Shown here piece after piece: positions 55,397 through 63,590 of a DNA stretch of 64,000 bases (its first letter is position 1; each line of letters begins with the position of its first letter). Position numbers and translations under genes: made by a program. The notes under the pieces were generated by a model that was given only the letters and a program-made list of their open reading frames with translations, made no database searches and had not been told where the DNA came from. The DNA is from an uncultured Candidatus Saccharibacteria bacterium (GTDB taxonomy: Bacteria > Patescibacteriota > Minisyncoccia > Phycocordibacterales > UBA5272): the NCBI GenBank assembly GCA_964464695.1, contig CAYXKW010000003.1, positions 10,577-74,576 on the forward strand, written 5' to 3'.

Positions 55397-57735
55397 TAAA
55401 AAGTAAATTAAAAACAGTTGTATTATTAGATGCTCATGCGATTTTACATCGTGGGTATCATGCTATGCAGGGATTCGCCACTCGTGACGGCAAACCAACA
55501 GGAGCCCTCTATGGATTTATTACTATGGTGCTTCGTATTTATGAAGACATACAGCCAGATTATATTGCGGCATGTTTTGATTTACCAAAGCCTACATTTC
55601 GTCATATTAGTTATGATGGTTACAAAGCAGGGAGAGCAAAGACTGACGATGCACTCGTAACCCAGATACAAGAAGCCTACGCACTGTGCGATGCGCTGTG
55701 CATTCCGATATATAAAGAAGAGGGGTTTGAGGCGGATGACTTACTGGGAACATTAAGTGAACAACTAAAAAAGCAACCGAATACTCGTGTGATTATTGCA
55801 AGTGGCGATATGGACACATTCCAGCTTATTGATGATGATATTGTGACAGTCTACACACTTAAGAAAGCAAATGTCGCTGCGCTTTTTAATGCTGACTCTA
55901 TTATGGAACGTTTTGGATTTGGTCCAGAGCATATTCCGGATTATAAAGGTCTTTCAGGTGATCCATCGGATAATATTATTGGCATCAAAGGAATCGGAGA
56001 TAAGACCGCTACTGAACTCATTAAGAAGTATGGAACAATCGAGCAGATGTATGAAGTTATAAAAAAAGATAGGCAAACACTTCTTGATGCTGGGTTCAAA
56101 GAACGAATCGTGAAGCTCTTAGAAGAAGGGGAAGAAGATGCATTATTTTCAAAAACACTCGCAACAATTAGACGTGATGCAACATCTGTGTATGTTGAGC
56201 CGGAGAAACCTTGGAAAGAAATTCTTGATATCGATAAATATCAGGAGATGTGTGATCTCTATGAGTTCAGGTCACTTCGTAACAGATTACACCTTGTAAA
56301 AGGTGAGAACAAAGAAGCAGAAAAGGAACCAGAAGTGTCGGTTGCATTTCATGACCTAGAAGAAATGAGGGTAATGGTGAACTTGCTTCACAGTGAAATG
56401 ACGAACGCACATTTTATTGATATCCAAAATGTCGCACAAAAGTCAGATGTTGCAGAAGTAAAACAAGTACTCACTGAAATGCTTACTAAGGAAGGTCTCA
56501 TGGAGCTATTCCTAACCGTAGAAAAACCGATCATTACAATTTTGGAAGAGATGCAAAAAGTAGGGATAACGCTTGATGTCAAAAAACTAAGTGACATGAG
56601 CAAGGAGTTACATGCCCAAGTAAAAGTTCTTGAGAAAAAAATTCATACACTTGCTGGAGTTGAGTTTAATATCGCCTCTCCGAAACAATTAGGAGACGTA
56701 CTGTACGACACCCTTAATCTCGGAAGTAAAATTAAGAAAACAAAGACCGGACAAAAAAGTACTAATGTCTCTGAGCTTGAGAAGATTCGGGAAGAGCATG
56801 AAATTGTACCGCTTATTTTAGAATATAGAGAACTGACAAAACTTCTATCAACGTATGTTGATTCGATTCCAACATTTGTAAAAGATGATGGTAAAATCCA
56901 CGCGCATTATATTCAAACAGGTGCAGGAACAGGAAGGTTTGCATGTGAAGACCCGAACCTTCAAAATCTACCAGTTAAAAGTGAGCTTGGCCAAAAGGTG
57001 CGAGGCGCATTTGTTGCAAGTAAGGGTAAAGTATTGTTGTCGTGTGACTATGCGCAGATTGACTTGCGCGCAGCTGCAATTTTATCAGGGGATGAAAACC
57101 TCGTAGAAATTTTTAAGAATAACATTGATGTGCACACAGGAACTGCGGCGAGAGTTTTTGGTGTAAAAGAAGAAGATGTAACTCCTGAGATGCGACGTAA
57201 AGCAAAAGCAATTAACTTTGGCATCTTATACGGCATGGGGGTTACAGCGCTTAAAGAGGGGATGAAAGTTGAACGAAAAGAAGCACAAGATTTCTTTGAT
57301 CAGTACAAAGCAACGTTTGTGAGATTGATGGCCTTCCTTGAGGAAGTAAAAGCCGATGCGTGGAAGAAAGGATATACAACGACATTACTTGGACGCAGAT
57401 GTGAAGTTCCACTACTTAAAAGCCCGCTCCCTTTTCTTCGAGCTCAAGGGGAGAGAATTGCCATGAATGCACCAATTCAAGGAACGAGTGCAGATATCGT
57501 GAAGCTTGCGATGATTGACGCAACAGCGTATTTTGCTGCAAAGAAATTAGAAGGCAAAGCCAGTCTTTTACTTCAGATACATGATGAATTAATATTTGAA
57601 ATTGATGAAGACCTTGCAGAAGATGTTGCTAAGGATCTTGTAAAGATATTGGAAAATGTACTTGCAACTAGAAACCTAACTGATATTCCACTTGTCGTTT
57701 CTAAGAGTTTGGGGGAGAATTTGGAAGTTATATAA
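55393..57735 (+). CDS. polA: DNA polymerase I (5'-3' exonuclease domain + family A polymerase domain; short, 780 aa)
   Basis: N-terminal FEN-like domain (LLDAHAILHRGYHA..., GIKGIGDKTA). Pol A motifs DYAQIDLRAAAILSGD (motif A region), RRKAKAINFGILYGMG (motif B), QIHDELIFE (motif C). Start overlaps the tsaE stop. Confidence 0.9.
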   Translation: MIKSKLKTVVLLDAHAILHRGYHAMQGFATRDGKPTGALYGFITMVLRIYEDIQPDYIAACFDLPKPTFRHISYDGYKAGRAKTDDALVTQIQEAYALCDALCIPIYKEEGFEADDLLGTLSEQLKKQPNTRVIIASGDMDTFQLIDDDIVTVYTLKKANVAALFNADSIMERFGFGPEHIPDYKGLSGDPSDNIIGIKGIGDKTATELIKKYGTIEQMYEVIKKDRQTLLDAGFKERIVKLLEEGEEDALFSKTLATIRRDATSVYVEPEKPWKEILDIDKYQEMCDLYEFRSLRNRLHLVKGENKEAEKEPEVSVAFHDLEEMRVMVNLLHSEMTNAHFIDIQNVAQKSDVAEVKQVLTEMLTKEGLMELFLTVEKPIITILEEMQKVGITLDVKKLSDMSKELHAQVKVLEKKIHTLAGVEFNIASPKQLGDVLYDTLNLGSKIKKTKTGQKSTNVSELEKIREEHEIVPLILEYRELTKLLSTYVDSIPTFVKDDGKIHAHYIQTGAGTGRFACEDPNLQNLPVKSELGQKVRGAFVASKGKVLLSCDYAQIDLRAAAILSGDENLVEIFKNNIDVHTGTAARVFGVKEEDVTPEMRRKAKAINFGILYGMGVTALKEGMKVERKEAQDFFDQYKATFVRLMAFLEEVKADAWKKGYTTTLLGRRCEVPLLKSPLPFLRAQGERIAMNAPIQGTSADIVKLAMIDATAYFAAKKLEGKASLLLQIHDELIFEIDEDLAEDVAKDLVKILENVLATRNLTDIPLVVSKSLGENLEVI

Positions 57736-57739
57736 GCGT

Positions 57740-58369
57740 ATGATTTATTCTATTGTAGGCACTCACATACACATACGAGAAAAGGGTCATCAAGAACTTT
57801 TAAAAATGGGCGTCGTTACTCATCATGTATATGGTGAACATGTCGAAGAACTGGAGCAGTTGGTTGATGCAAGTAGTTTATTTGGAGATCCTGTCATTGT
57901 GTTGTGTATTCAGTTAGGTGATAACACTCACGCAAAAGATGAATTAAAGAGACTTCTCGACAGGATGCAAGAGTCATCAAATATATTTGTTATCGATGAG
58001 CCATTTGCTGATGTGCATCTTTTTAATAGGTTAACTAAAGTTTCAAAAAAAGTATTTGATGCACGAGAGGAGAAAATAAAAGACATGAGTGTTTTTGCAC
58101 TATGTGATGCCTTCATTTCTCGTGACAAAAAACAAGCATGGATACTTTTTCAAGATTTAAAAAAAGATGGAAGTGGAGAAGCAATTCAAGGAGCTCTCTG
58201 GTGGAAGTTCCAAACAGAATGGAGTAAGGTACGTGAAGGCAAGAGATCACTTTTTACACAGAGTGACTGCGAAAGAATAGGGGGAGAACTTTTGCGATCG
58301 AGTATTTTGGCGCACCGAGGAGAAAAAGATTTACTCCTTGATTTAGAGAGAATTATTTTAACAGTATAG
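57740..58369 (+). CDS. hypothetical protein, possibly DNA polymerase III delta-subunit-like (weak)
   Basis: 209-aa ORF starting 5 nt after the polA stop (the track ORF has 16 extra codons overlapping polA). Helical pattern loosely like a HolA C-domain. Not diagnostic. Confidence 0.35.
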   Translation: MIYSIVGTHIHIREKGHQELLKMGVVTHHVYGEHVEELEQLVDASSLFGDPVIVLCIQLGDNTHAKDELKRLLDRMQESSNIFVIDEPFADVHLFNRLTKVSKKVFDAREEKIKDMSVFALCDAFISRDKKQAWILFQDLKKDGSGEAIQGALWWKFQTEWSKVREGKRSLFTQSDCERIGGELLRSSILAHRGEKDLLLDLERIILTV

Positions 58370-58385
58370 TATCTGTACAAGAACT

Positions 58386-59426
58386 CTATCCTCCAATACC
58401 ATCTTGTGGTGTTGACGTAGCTTCATATTGTAAGCGACAGTCTTTCTCCTCATTCTCTGCTCTGTAATAGAGGGTTGGCGAAATAATGTAGCGTCGTAAT
58501 CCATTTTCTAATTTTGTAACATCGAGGTACCATGTTTGCTCTGGCTCACTCCAGGTACCTTCACAGGTTGTTCCTGTTCCAACAGTGTGAGATTTTAGGA
58601 TGAGCTTTTCTCCTTCTGTTGCGAGAAGATAAAGTTCACTTGTGCATGACCGTGCAATAGCGCTACCCGCTGTTGAGTTATTTTCTTCGTACATGAGAAT
58701 TTTTTCTCCTGTTTTTGTGTCGAGAATATATACTTTATTAGAAAATTCACACGCCTCGATATTGCCGAGGGAGTTTTCACTAATATAAAATTGCCCTGGC
58801 TGACCAATGATAGGAATACTATTAATAATTGCAGTAACTGAGTTAGTTGGAACTACGTTTACAATATGTGTTGTCCAACCATCAGCTGTGGTTGAACTTG
58901 GTGGAAATGTATAGATAACAGTTCCATTTTGATCAACAATTGTGCCGTTTATAACGGTGTATCTCGTCTCATTAAATACTGCATTTTTTTCTGATGTTGG
59001 AGCTTGGGTATTTTGAGTATTCGTTTGATTAATTTGAGTAGTTACAACAACGTTTGGCTTGTCAGTTAATCCAAGTGATTCTGTAACTTTTTGCACAACT
59101 TCTACTACAGAGTCTACAACTGTCTTAACGACTGATTTAGGAGCATTTGATTTACTCGTAGAAGTATTTGTTGTCGATGCTACAGGAGTTGTGCTTGCAA
59201 CTTCTTCAGGTAATGGTTCCATGTAACTTGGTAGCTCTTGTTTGCAAATAGCAAACTCACAATTTGGTCCAGTTCTTCCAACTGAAGTTCCATCAGGGCA
59301 CATCATGGCATCCGCTGGGCACGCTGTAACAACAGGGGTTTGGTGTTTATTTTTATAGAGCACTACTCCAAACACAACACTCAGTATAAAGATGATAACA
59401 CCAAGAATGATGTGTAATTTATTCAT
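58386..59426 (-). CDS. secreted/anchored hypothetical protein (346 aa), Thr/Ser/Val-rich linker, Cys-containing C-domain
   Basis: N-terminal TM/signal MNKLHIILGVIIFILSVVFGVVLY. Confidence 0.5.
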   Translation of the reverse strand: MNKLHIILGVIIFILSVVFGVVLYKNKHQTPVVTACPADAMMCPDGTSVGRTGPNCEFAICKQELPSYMEPLPEEVASTTPVASTTNTSTSKSNAPKSVVKTVVDSVVEVVQKVTESLGLTDKPNVVVTTQINQTNTQNTQAPTSEKNAVFNETRYTVINGTIVDQNGTVIYTFPPSSTTADGWTTHIVNVVPTNSVTAIINSIPIIGQPGQFYISENSLGNIEACEFSNKVYILDTKTGEKILMYEENNSTAGSAIARSCTSELYLLATEGEKLILKSHTVGTGTTCEGTWSEPEQTWYLDVTKLENGLRRYIISPTLYYRAENEEKDCRLQYEATSTPQDGIGG

Positions 59427-59483
59427 AGCTAAAGTATAGCAACAAAAGAAACAGAAATAGGAATGTTGTTCCCAAGAAGGGTC

Positions 59484-59526
59484 GGTCGCGAATCTACTTC
59501 GAGCAACGCGAAGTAGATTCGCGACC
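59484..59526. repeat. perfect 18-bp-stem hairpin (ggtcgcgaatctacttcg-agcaacg-cgaagtagattcgcgacc) in module Y1
   Basis: Read directly. Confidence 0.8.
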
Positions 59527-59629
59527 GTGTATTCGATTCCTTACGATGGTGACGCAGCTTACTTCTACAACAAAACACACCTGGACTACCAAGTGTGTTT
59601 TGTTGTATCGTGGTGCCCCCACAAGGGAT

Positions 59630-59782
59630 CTCTCCGACTCGTCGGATTATCAACTCGCTGGACTGCGATTTTTGCAGACTGAGTACAGTCTAAAAAATCG
59701 GGAGCCTTCGGTTCGACTCAAGTTCTGTAGAACTGTGAAATAATAAACACCCCTTTATTAAAAGAGGTGTTTATTATTTCAA
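59630..59782 (+). repeat. 153-bp module X, copy 1 (near-identical to 63029-63182)
   Basis: ctctccgactcgtcggat...aataaacacccctttattaaaagaggtgtttattatttcaa. Two substitutions and one 1-nt indel versus copy 2. Contains the palindrome ccgactcgtcgg and a terminator-like hairpin aataaacacc...ggtgtttatt. Confidence 0.85.
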
Positions 59783-59882
59783 GTGCCCCGAAACGTGACA
59801 CGACCTCCAGGGTTCATTACCCCACAAGGTCCGTTTGGTAATTTTTAGTATATCAGTTCGACCCTTCTCGTGCGTCTATGAA
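59783..59882 (+). repeat. 100-bp module Z, copy 1 (about 95% identical to 61215-61314); overlaps the 3' end of ORF 59853-61007
   Basis: gtgccccgaaacgtgacacgacctcc...cagttcgacccttctcgtgcg(t/c)ctatgaa. Confidence 0.85.
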
Positions 59883-61007
59883 TTTATCAGCTTTGACTAA
59901 TAAAGTATCAATAGCAGCATGTAAGTTTTTACATGTATCTATCTGACTGCGTTTCCAGCTTTCTATTCTTTCTCTTAAATTTTTTCTAAAAGAAGGATCG
60001 ATAATATTCCCATCTGTATCGATTTGACCAGGCTCTAAGTCTTTCCATAAAAATAACTCAAGTCCACTAATACTTATATTGTCCAAATTATCTTTATAAG
60101 TATCTATATGGGATTTTATTTTTAAATTAATATTGTTCACTATACCATCTGTCGAAAGTATTCCACCTTGTATTTGAAGTTCTTGTACTGAAAAGCTAAT
60201 AAAATCAACAACTGCTTTCATCTGTTCTTCTTCCATATCTTCAAAAGATTGAGCAATCTTTTGAATTGTAGGCTCAATAACATACAGGTCCAAATACTCA
60301 TGTATCTTATTTCTGTTTAACTCGTATTGTTTAGCAAGCAGTTCGGCGTCAAAGCCTTCTTCTCGTGGAGTTTGTTCAGGTGCAACATATTTATCTAGAA
60401 AAAGTATTTCAAGTTCCGGTACAAGAATTTTTACACCACCTAAGTCAACCGTTTCAAAGGTCTTACTAAGCAAGTCCGGAGGTAAATTAACTAAGCCTTT
60501 TGTCCTTCTAGACTCCGAACTAAAACTCTCCTCTCCCGGAAATACTTCCTCAAAGAGATTGCTGTTGCTTCTATCATTTACTCCGTACAATTCAAAATCA
60601 GCATGTGATCTGTATGGAAAATCTATAGACTTCTTTTTTCTTCCTAACACCTTGCCTCTTAAAGCAACTTCTACACCAATACCTTTGCCGAGCAAATATG
60701 TGGTACCCATTGCATCACTTTGATGCCACAAAGAAACAGCCAGTAATACTTTTTTATAAAAATCATCTATTGTATCCATCTGAACTCCGGAGTCTACAGT
60801 TGTGGATTCATGCCACCTCTTAAGCTCTGTTATCTGTGCTTGGTTTAAATTTTGAGAAATAAAACCGTTACTTTCAACTAGTAAACCCTTACTTTCGAAA
60901 AAAGCTTGTGCGTCTTTTACAGCCTCAATATTTGGAGTTATTTTTTCTTGACTAACTAGTATTTCTTGGTTTAAAGATTCGGCAGATTGTCCAAAAGGAA
61001 TATTCAT
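59853..61007 (-). CDS. hypothetical protein (384 aa), cargo of the tRNA-Lys-linked region; possible nucleotidyltransferase-like fold (very weak)
   Basis: Clean ORF. GKGIGVEVALRGK...DFEL and VKILVPELEILFLDKY segments are loosely like NTase-fold proteins but not diagnostic. The last 10 codons lie inside repeat module Z. Confidence 0.5.
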   Translation of the reverse strand: MNIPFGQSAESLNQEILVSQEKITPNIEAVKDAQAFFESKGLLVESNGFISQNLNQAQITELKRWHESTTVDSGVQMDTIDDFYKKVLLAVSLWHQSDAMGTTYLLGKGIGVEVALRGKVLGRKKKSIDFPYRSHADFELYGVNDRSNSNLFEEVFPGEESFSSESRRTKGLVNLPPDLLSKTFETVDLGGVKILVPELEILFLDKYVAPEQTPREEGFDAELLAKQYELNRNKIHEYLDLYVIEPTIQKIAQSFEDMEEEQMKAVVDFISFSVQELQIQGGILSTDGIVNNINLKIKSHIDTYKDNLDNISISGLELFLWKDLEPGQIDTDGNIIDPSFRKNLRERIESWKRSQIDTCKNLHAAIDTLLVKADKFIDAREGSN

Positions 61008-61163
61008 ACCCTAATAGTAACATTTATAGGAAAGAGAATCTTTCTCGTGCTGGTATGTTTTGGGATCAGAAGGGATCGGTCACAAATCTGCCTCGCTGCG
61101 CTCGAAGCAGATTCCCGACCCGTATTCGATCCCTTACGAAAGTGACGCAGGTCACTTTCTCTG

Positions 61164-61221
61164 GGGGCACAGAAATACAAAAGCCACATCTTAAGATGTG
61201 GCTTTTGTATTTCTGTGCCCC
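61164..61221. repeat. perfect 58-bp palindrome (29-bp arms, centre cttaag)
   Basis: ggggcacagaaatacaaaagccacatctt | aagatgtggcttttgtatttctgtgcccc read directly. The 3' arm overlaps the start of module Z2. Confidence 0.9.
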
Positions 61222-61314
61222 GAAACGTGACACGACCTCCTAGCTTCATTACCCCACAAGGTCGGTTTGGTAATTTTTAGTATATCAGTTCGACCCTTCT
61301 CGTGCGCCTATGAA
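61215..61314 (+). repeat. 100-bp module Z, copy 2
   Basis: See 59783-59882. Confidence 0.85.
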
Positions 61315-61367
61315 ATAGTGACAAAAGTGACACATCTTAGACTACGAATAGTTACAGCTATATGTAA

Positions 61368-62417
61368 CTATTCGTAGTATCCTCCAAGGCTTAGGTTGAA
61401 TTTACCATCCGCACGTAGCTCCTGAATAAGGTATCTTCCTGACTGATAATTTTGACCATTTGCACTTTTATAAAGTAGAACAAGTTTTAGGTTTGTCAGC
61501 TGTCTGTCGGCAAGAGCAGAAGAGCTGTATATTGCCGTTGTGTAATGTCTCGTTGTATCTCCAGCAGTAAGAAGATGCATTAGATTTTGGAGTGAATCCC
61601 CGAAGAAGTCATCTGCGATAAACTGAAACTTCATATCCATAGCACTTTCATTGCCAATATTTATAACCTTAAAACTCATCTCCTGACCGTTAGGTCCGCC
61701 AGAAGTAAGAAACTCTGATATATCCAGACGCGGTCTCGATGGGTTGTTATTTGGTATTTCTTCCAACGTCTCTCTTGTTGCTCGTACTTTCTTTCCGCTA
61801 TTAAGAGTAATAATTGTTTCGAAGTGTTTAGCTGTATCAGTAGGTTCTCCTCGATTATCTTCCACTCTCTGTTCTCCTGTCTTTCCGTCCACAATCATAT
61901 GAGCTTTTTCACTTCTCCCAGTTCTGTTTCCAATAAGAATGTGATGATCTTCATCTCCTTCTTGAGAACGAGATTCAATAAATACTTCATCTGTCTTGAA
62001 ACCATTCTTGGTGGTCTTTCCTCTTTGCTTACGCTCTTCAATAGGTAAACCACAAAATTCATACAACGTATCTCGTGAAGCAATCTTAATAAAATATCTA
62101 ACTTCGGTGAATTTGTCAGGAAGTCCCATTTGCCAATTCCAACTAGTTAGTAATCGCTCCTTTGTGTCTGATTTTTTAGGCACAGGCATGAAATGAAAAT
62201 CATATCTCCTTGTCACGACAGAAGATAGTTTGTGCTTATTCATGGCGTTAAGAAAAAACTGAGTATCATCGTATGAAAACTTTGCTTTCTTCAGTTGTGG
62301 CTCAGTAATGACCACAGTATCATCATCAATATAAAAAAGCTGATCTGTGATCAGTGCAAGAAACTTCCTCAAATTTTTAGGCACAGGGGCCTCTTTTACC
62401 TTGTTCATTTGGCACAA
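61368..62417 (-). CDS. hypothetical protein (349 aa), cargo gene immediately downstream of the excisionase-like gene
   Basis: Clean ORF. Basic/acidic mixed. No motif I can name. Real start may be MNKVKEAPV (62408). Confidence 0.5.
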   Translation of the reverse strand: MCQMNKVKEAPVPKNLRKFLALITDQLFYIDDDTVVITEPQLKKAKFSYDDTQFFLNAMNKHKLSSVVTRRYDFHFMPVPKKSDTKERLLTSWNWQMGLPDKFTEVRYFIKIASRDTLYEFCGLPIEERKQRGKTTKNGFKTDEVFIESRSQEGDEDHHILIGNRTGRSEKAHMIVDGKTGEQRVEDNRGEPTDTAKHFETIITLNSGKKVRATRETLEEIPNNNPSRPRLDISEFLTSGGPNGQEMSFKVINIGNESAMDMKFQFIADDFFGDSLQNLMHLLTAGDTTRHYTTAIYSSSALADRQLTNLKLVLLYKSANGQNYQSGRYLIQELRADGKFNLSLGGYYE

Positions 62418-62440
62418 TTATAGCATTTTTAAAAGTTTCG

Positions 62441-62980
62441 CTACACTTCCTTCTTTTCGTCAACTTCTGTGAACTTTAAGTAGTTCATAATCTTGTACTT
62501 CTCTACTTTCTTACGAAGATCTGCATAACAATACCACTCGTAAGACCTGTGCCAGGTCTTTCCATCTTTTTCATAGCTACTGCTTCTTGATTTTGTGAAT
62601 TCTTTAGGAGGAAGAAAATCCTTATTATCTTTAATAAGGTAAATGTAAGCTTGTACTCCTTTACCATAACGACTAATGGTACGAGGTTTGATAATTCCTT
62701 CTTTTATCCACTTTCGCAGTGTTGGAGTTTTTAAATTAAACCTGTCTTTAATCTCCCACTCGGAGTACCAACTTTCTTTAAACTTAAGTAATGAGCCAGG
62801 TATTTCTTTTCTATCTATTGCTTTCTGACACGCAAGACACTTAGAACCCCACTTGTCATACCAGTATTCTATATCCTGCCCGTAATCATACTGACCACAG
62901 AGAGGGCATGACCCACCGTTTCGTTTGATGGCAAATCCCTCAGGATGTTCTTTCAGCCTTTCCTCCCGTTCCTGTTCTTC
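62441..62980 (-). CDS. excisionase/AlpA-like HTH DNA-binding protein with N-terminal C4 zinc ribbon; no in-frame ATG (alternative start or decayed gene)
   Basis: Stop-to-stop minus-strand frame (179 codons) is absent from the ATG-based track. It translates to ...GSCPLCGQYDYGQDIEYWYDKWGSKCLACQKAIDRKE...EIKDRFNLKTPTLRKWIKEGIIKPRTISRYGKGVQAYIYLIKDNKDF... The TLRKWIKEG-IKP segment matches the AlpA/excisionase HTH pattern (T.YR.IKEG.FP.P). The only ATG is near the C-terminus. Confidence 0.35.
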   Translation of the reverse strand, partial: EEQEREERLKEHPEGFAIKRNGGSCPLCGQYDYGQDIEYWYDKWGSKCLACQKAIDRKEIPGSLLKFKESWYSEWEIKDRFNLKTPTLRKWIKEGIIKPRTISRYGKGVQAYIYLIKDNKDFLPPKEFTKSRSSSYEKDGKTWHRSYEWYCYADLRKKVEKYKIMNYLKFTEVDEKKEV

Positions 62981-63028
62981 TTACTTATGCTTCTCGTACT
63001 AGCACGTTTGGGTGCCCCCAGAAGGGAT

Positions 63029-63182
63029 CTCTCCGACTCGTCGGATGACCAACTCGCTGGACTGCGATTTTTGCAGACTGAGTACAGTCTAAAAAATCGG
63101 GAGCCTTCGGTTCGACTCAAGTTCTGTAGAACTGTGAAATAATAAACACCCCTTTATTAAAAGAGGTGTTTATTATTTCAAG
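63029..63182 (+). repeat. 153/154-bp module X, copy 2, directly abutting the tRNA-Lys 3' end
   Basis: See 59630-59782. Confidence 0.85.
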
Positions 63183-63183
63183 T

Positions 63184-63256
63184 GCCCCCAGAAGGGATTG
63201 AACCTTCGACCGTCTGCTTAAAAGGCAGCTGCTCTACCAACTGAGCTATAGGGACA
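63184..63256 (-). tRNA. tRNA-Lys (anticodon UUU), CCA not encoded
   Basis: Minus-strand sequence GTCCCTATAGCTCAGTTGGTAGAGCAGCTGCCTTTTAAGCAGACGGTCGAAGGTTCAATCCCTTCTGGGGGCA folds as a cloverleaf. Acceptor 7 bp (2 G-U). D-stem GCTC/GAGC. Anticodon loop CTTTTAA (U33, anticodon TTT, A37). T-stem GAAGG/CCTTC. T-loop TTCAATC. Confidence 0.8.
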
Positions 63257-63325
63257 TGTGTTTAGAAATCCTATCATAAAACACAACATATTTCCAGTAG
63301 TGACAAATAGTAAAAAAGAAGTCTC

Positions 63326-63483
63326 TATTTTTTTGTACTAGTCCCGACAGGAGAAGTGGTGCCATCTTGGTTGTACTGAACAAACAACGTAGTACCATCA
63401 TTTCTGAGTGGTCCACCAGTTAAGTACCAAGCAATCCAAATTGCCCAGAATACTGCAAAAATTTTTAAGAGAAGTCCTCCCAT
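63326..63483 (-). CDS. small hydrophobic protein (52 aa), speculative
   Basis: Minus-strand ORF MGGLLLKIFAVFWAIWIAWYLTGGPLRNDGTTLFVQYNQDGTTSPVGTSTKK*. Below track size cutoff. Confidence 0.25.
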
Positions 63484-63590
63484 GTAAAGATAGTATAATA
63501 CAGCAGGTAGCTCTTAGCTATTAGAAACTTACAGTCTTTGCATTCCGTCTGCTAGTTTAGTAGAATCGAATAAACTTCAAGGAGATTGTC

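Larger units (their letters stand above)
59430..63183. mobile_element. putative remnant or nested integrative element(s) at the 3' end of tRNA-Lys: mosaic of shared repeat modules, repeated tRNA 3'-end cores, excisionase-like gene and two cargo genes. No integrase in window.
   Basis: The tRNA 3'-end core (TGCCCCCAGAAGGGAT-like) occurs at about 59471, 59614, 61067, 63013 and in the tRNA itself (63184-63199). A 153-bp module X is at 59630-59782 and 63029-63182. A 100-bp module Z is at 59783-59882 and 61215-61314. Module Y with long hairpins is at about 59478-59566 and 61067-61160. Confidence 0.45.

Noticed and set aside
59461-59566. Module Y as a possible degenerate tRNA or tRNA-like gene (contains ...GTATTCGATTCC...)
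   Set aside because: I could not fold it into a cloverleaf. The TTCGATTCC segment lacks a complementary T-stem partner. The long 18-bp hairpin is not tRNA-like.
59546-59743. 65-aa plus-strand ORFs at 59546-59743 and 62945-63142 with identical C-termini
   Set aside because: Their shared sequence is simply the translation of repeat module X. There is no start context, and N-termini are unrelated junk.
61004-61249. 81-aa minus-strand ORF (MKLGGRVTFRGTEIQ...) and 62-aa plus-strand ORF 61055-61243
   Set aside because: Both lie across repeat modules Y2 and Z2 and the 58-bp palindrome. Mirror-image ORFs are generated by the palindrome itself.
59430-63260. Possibility that the repeated tRNA-end cores and hairpins form a CRISPR array
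   Set aside because: Repeats are of different lengths and sequences (153-bp, 100-bp, 90-bp modules), not short identical direct repeats with unique spacers. No cas genes.
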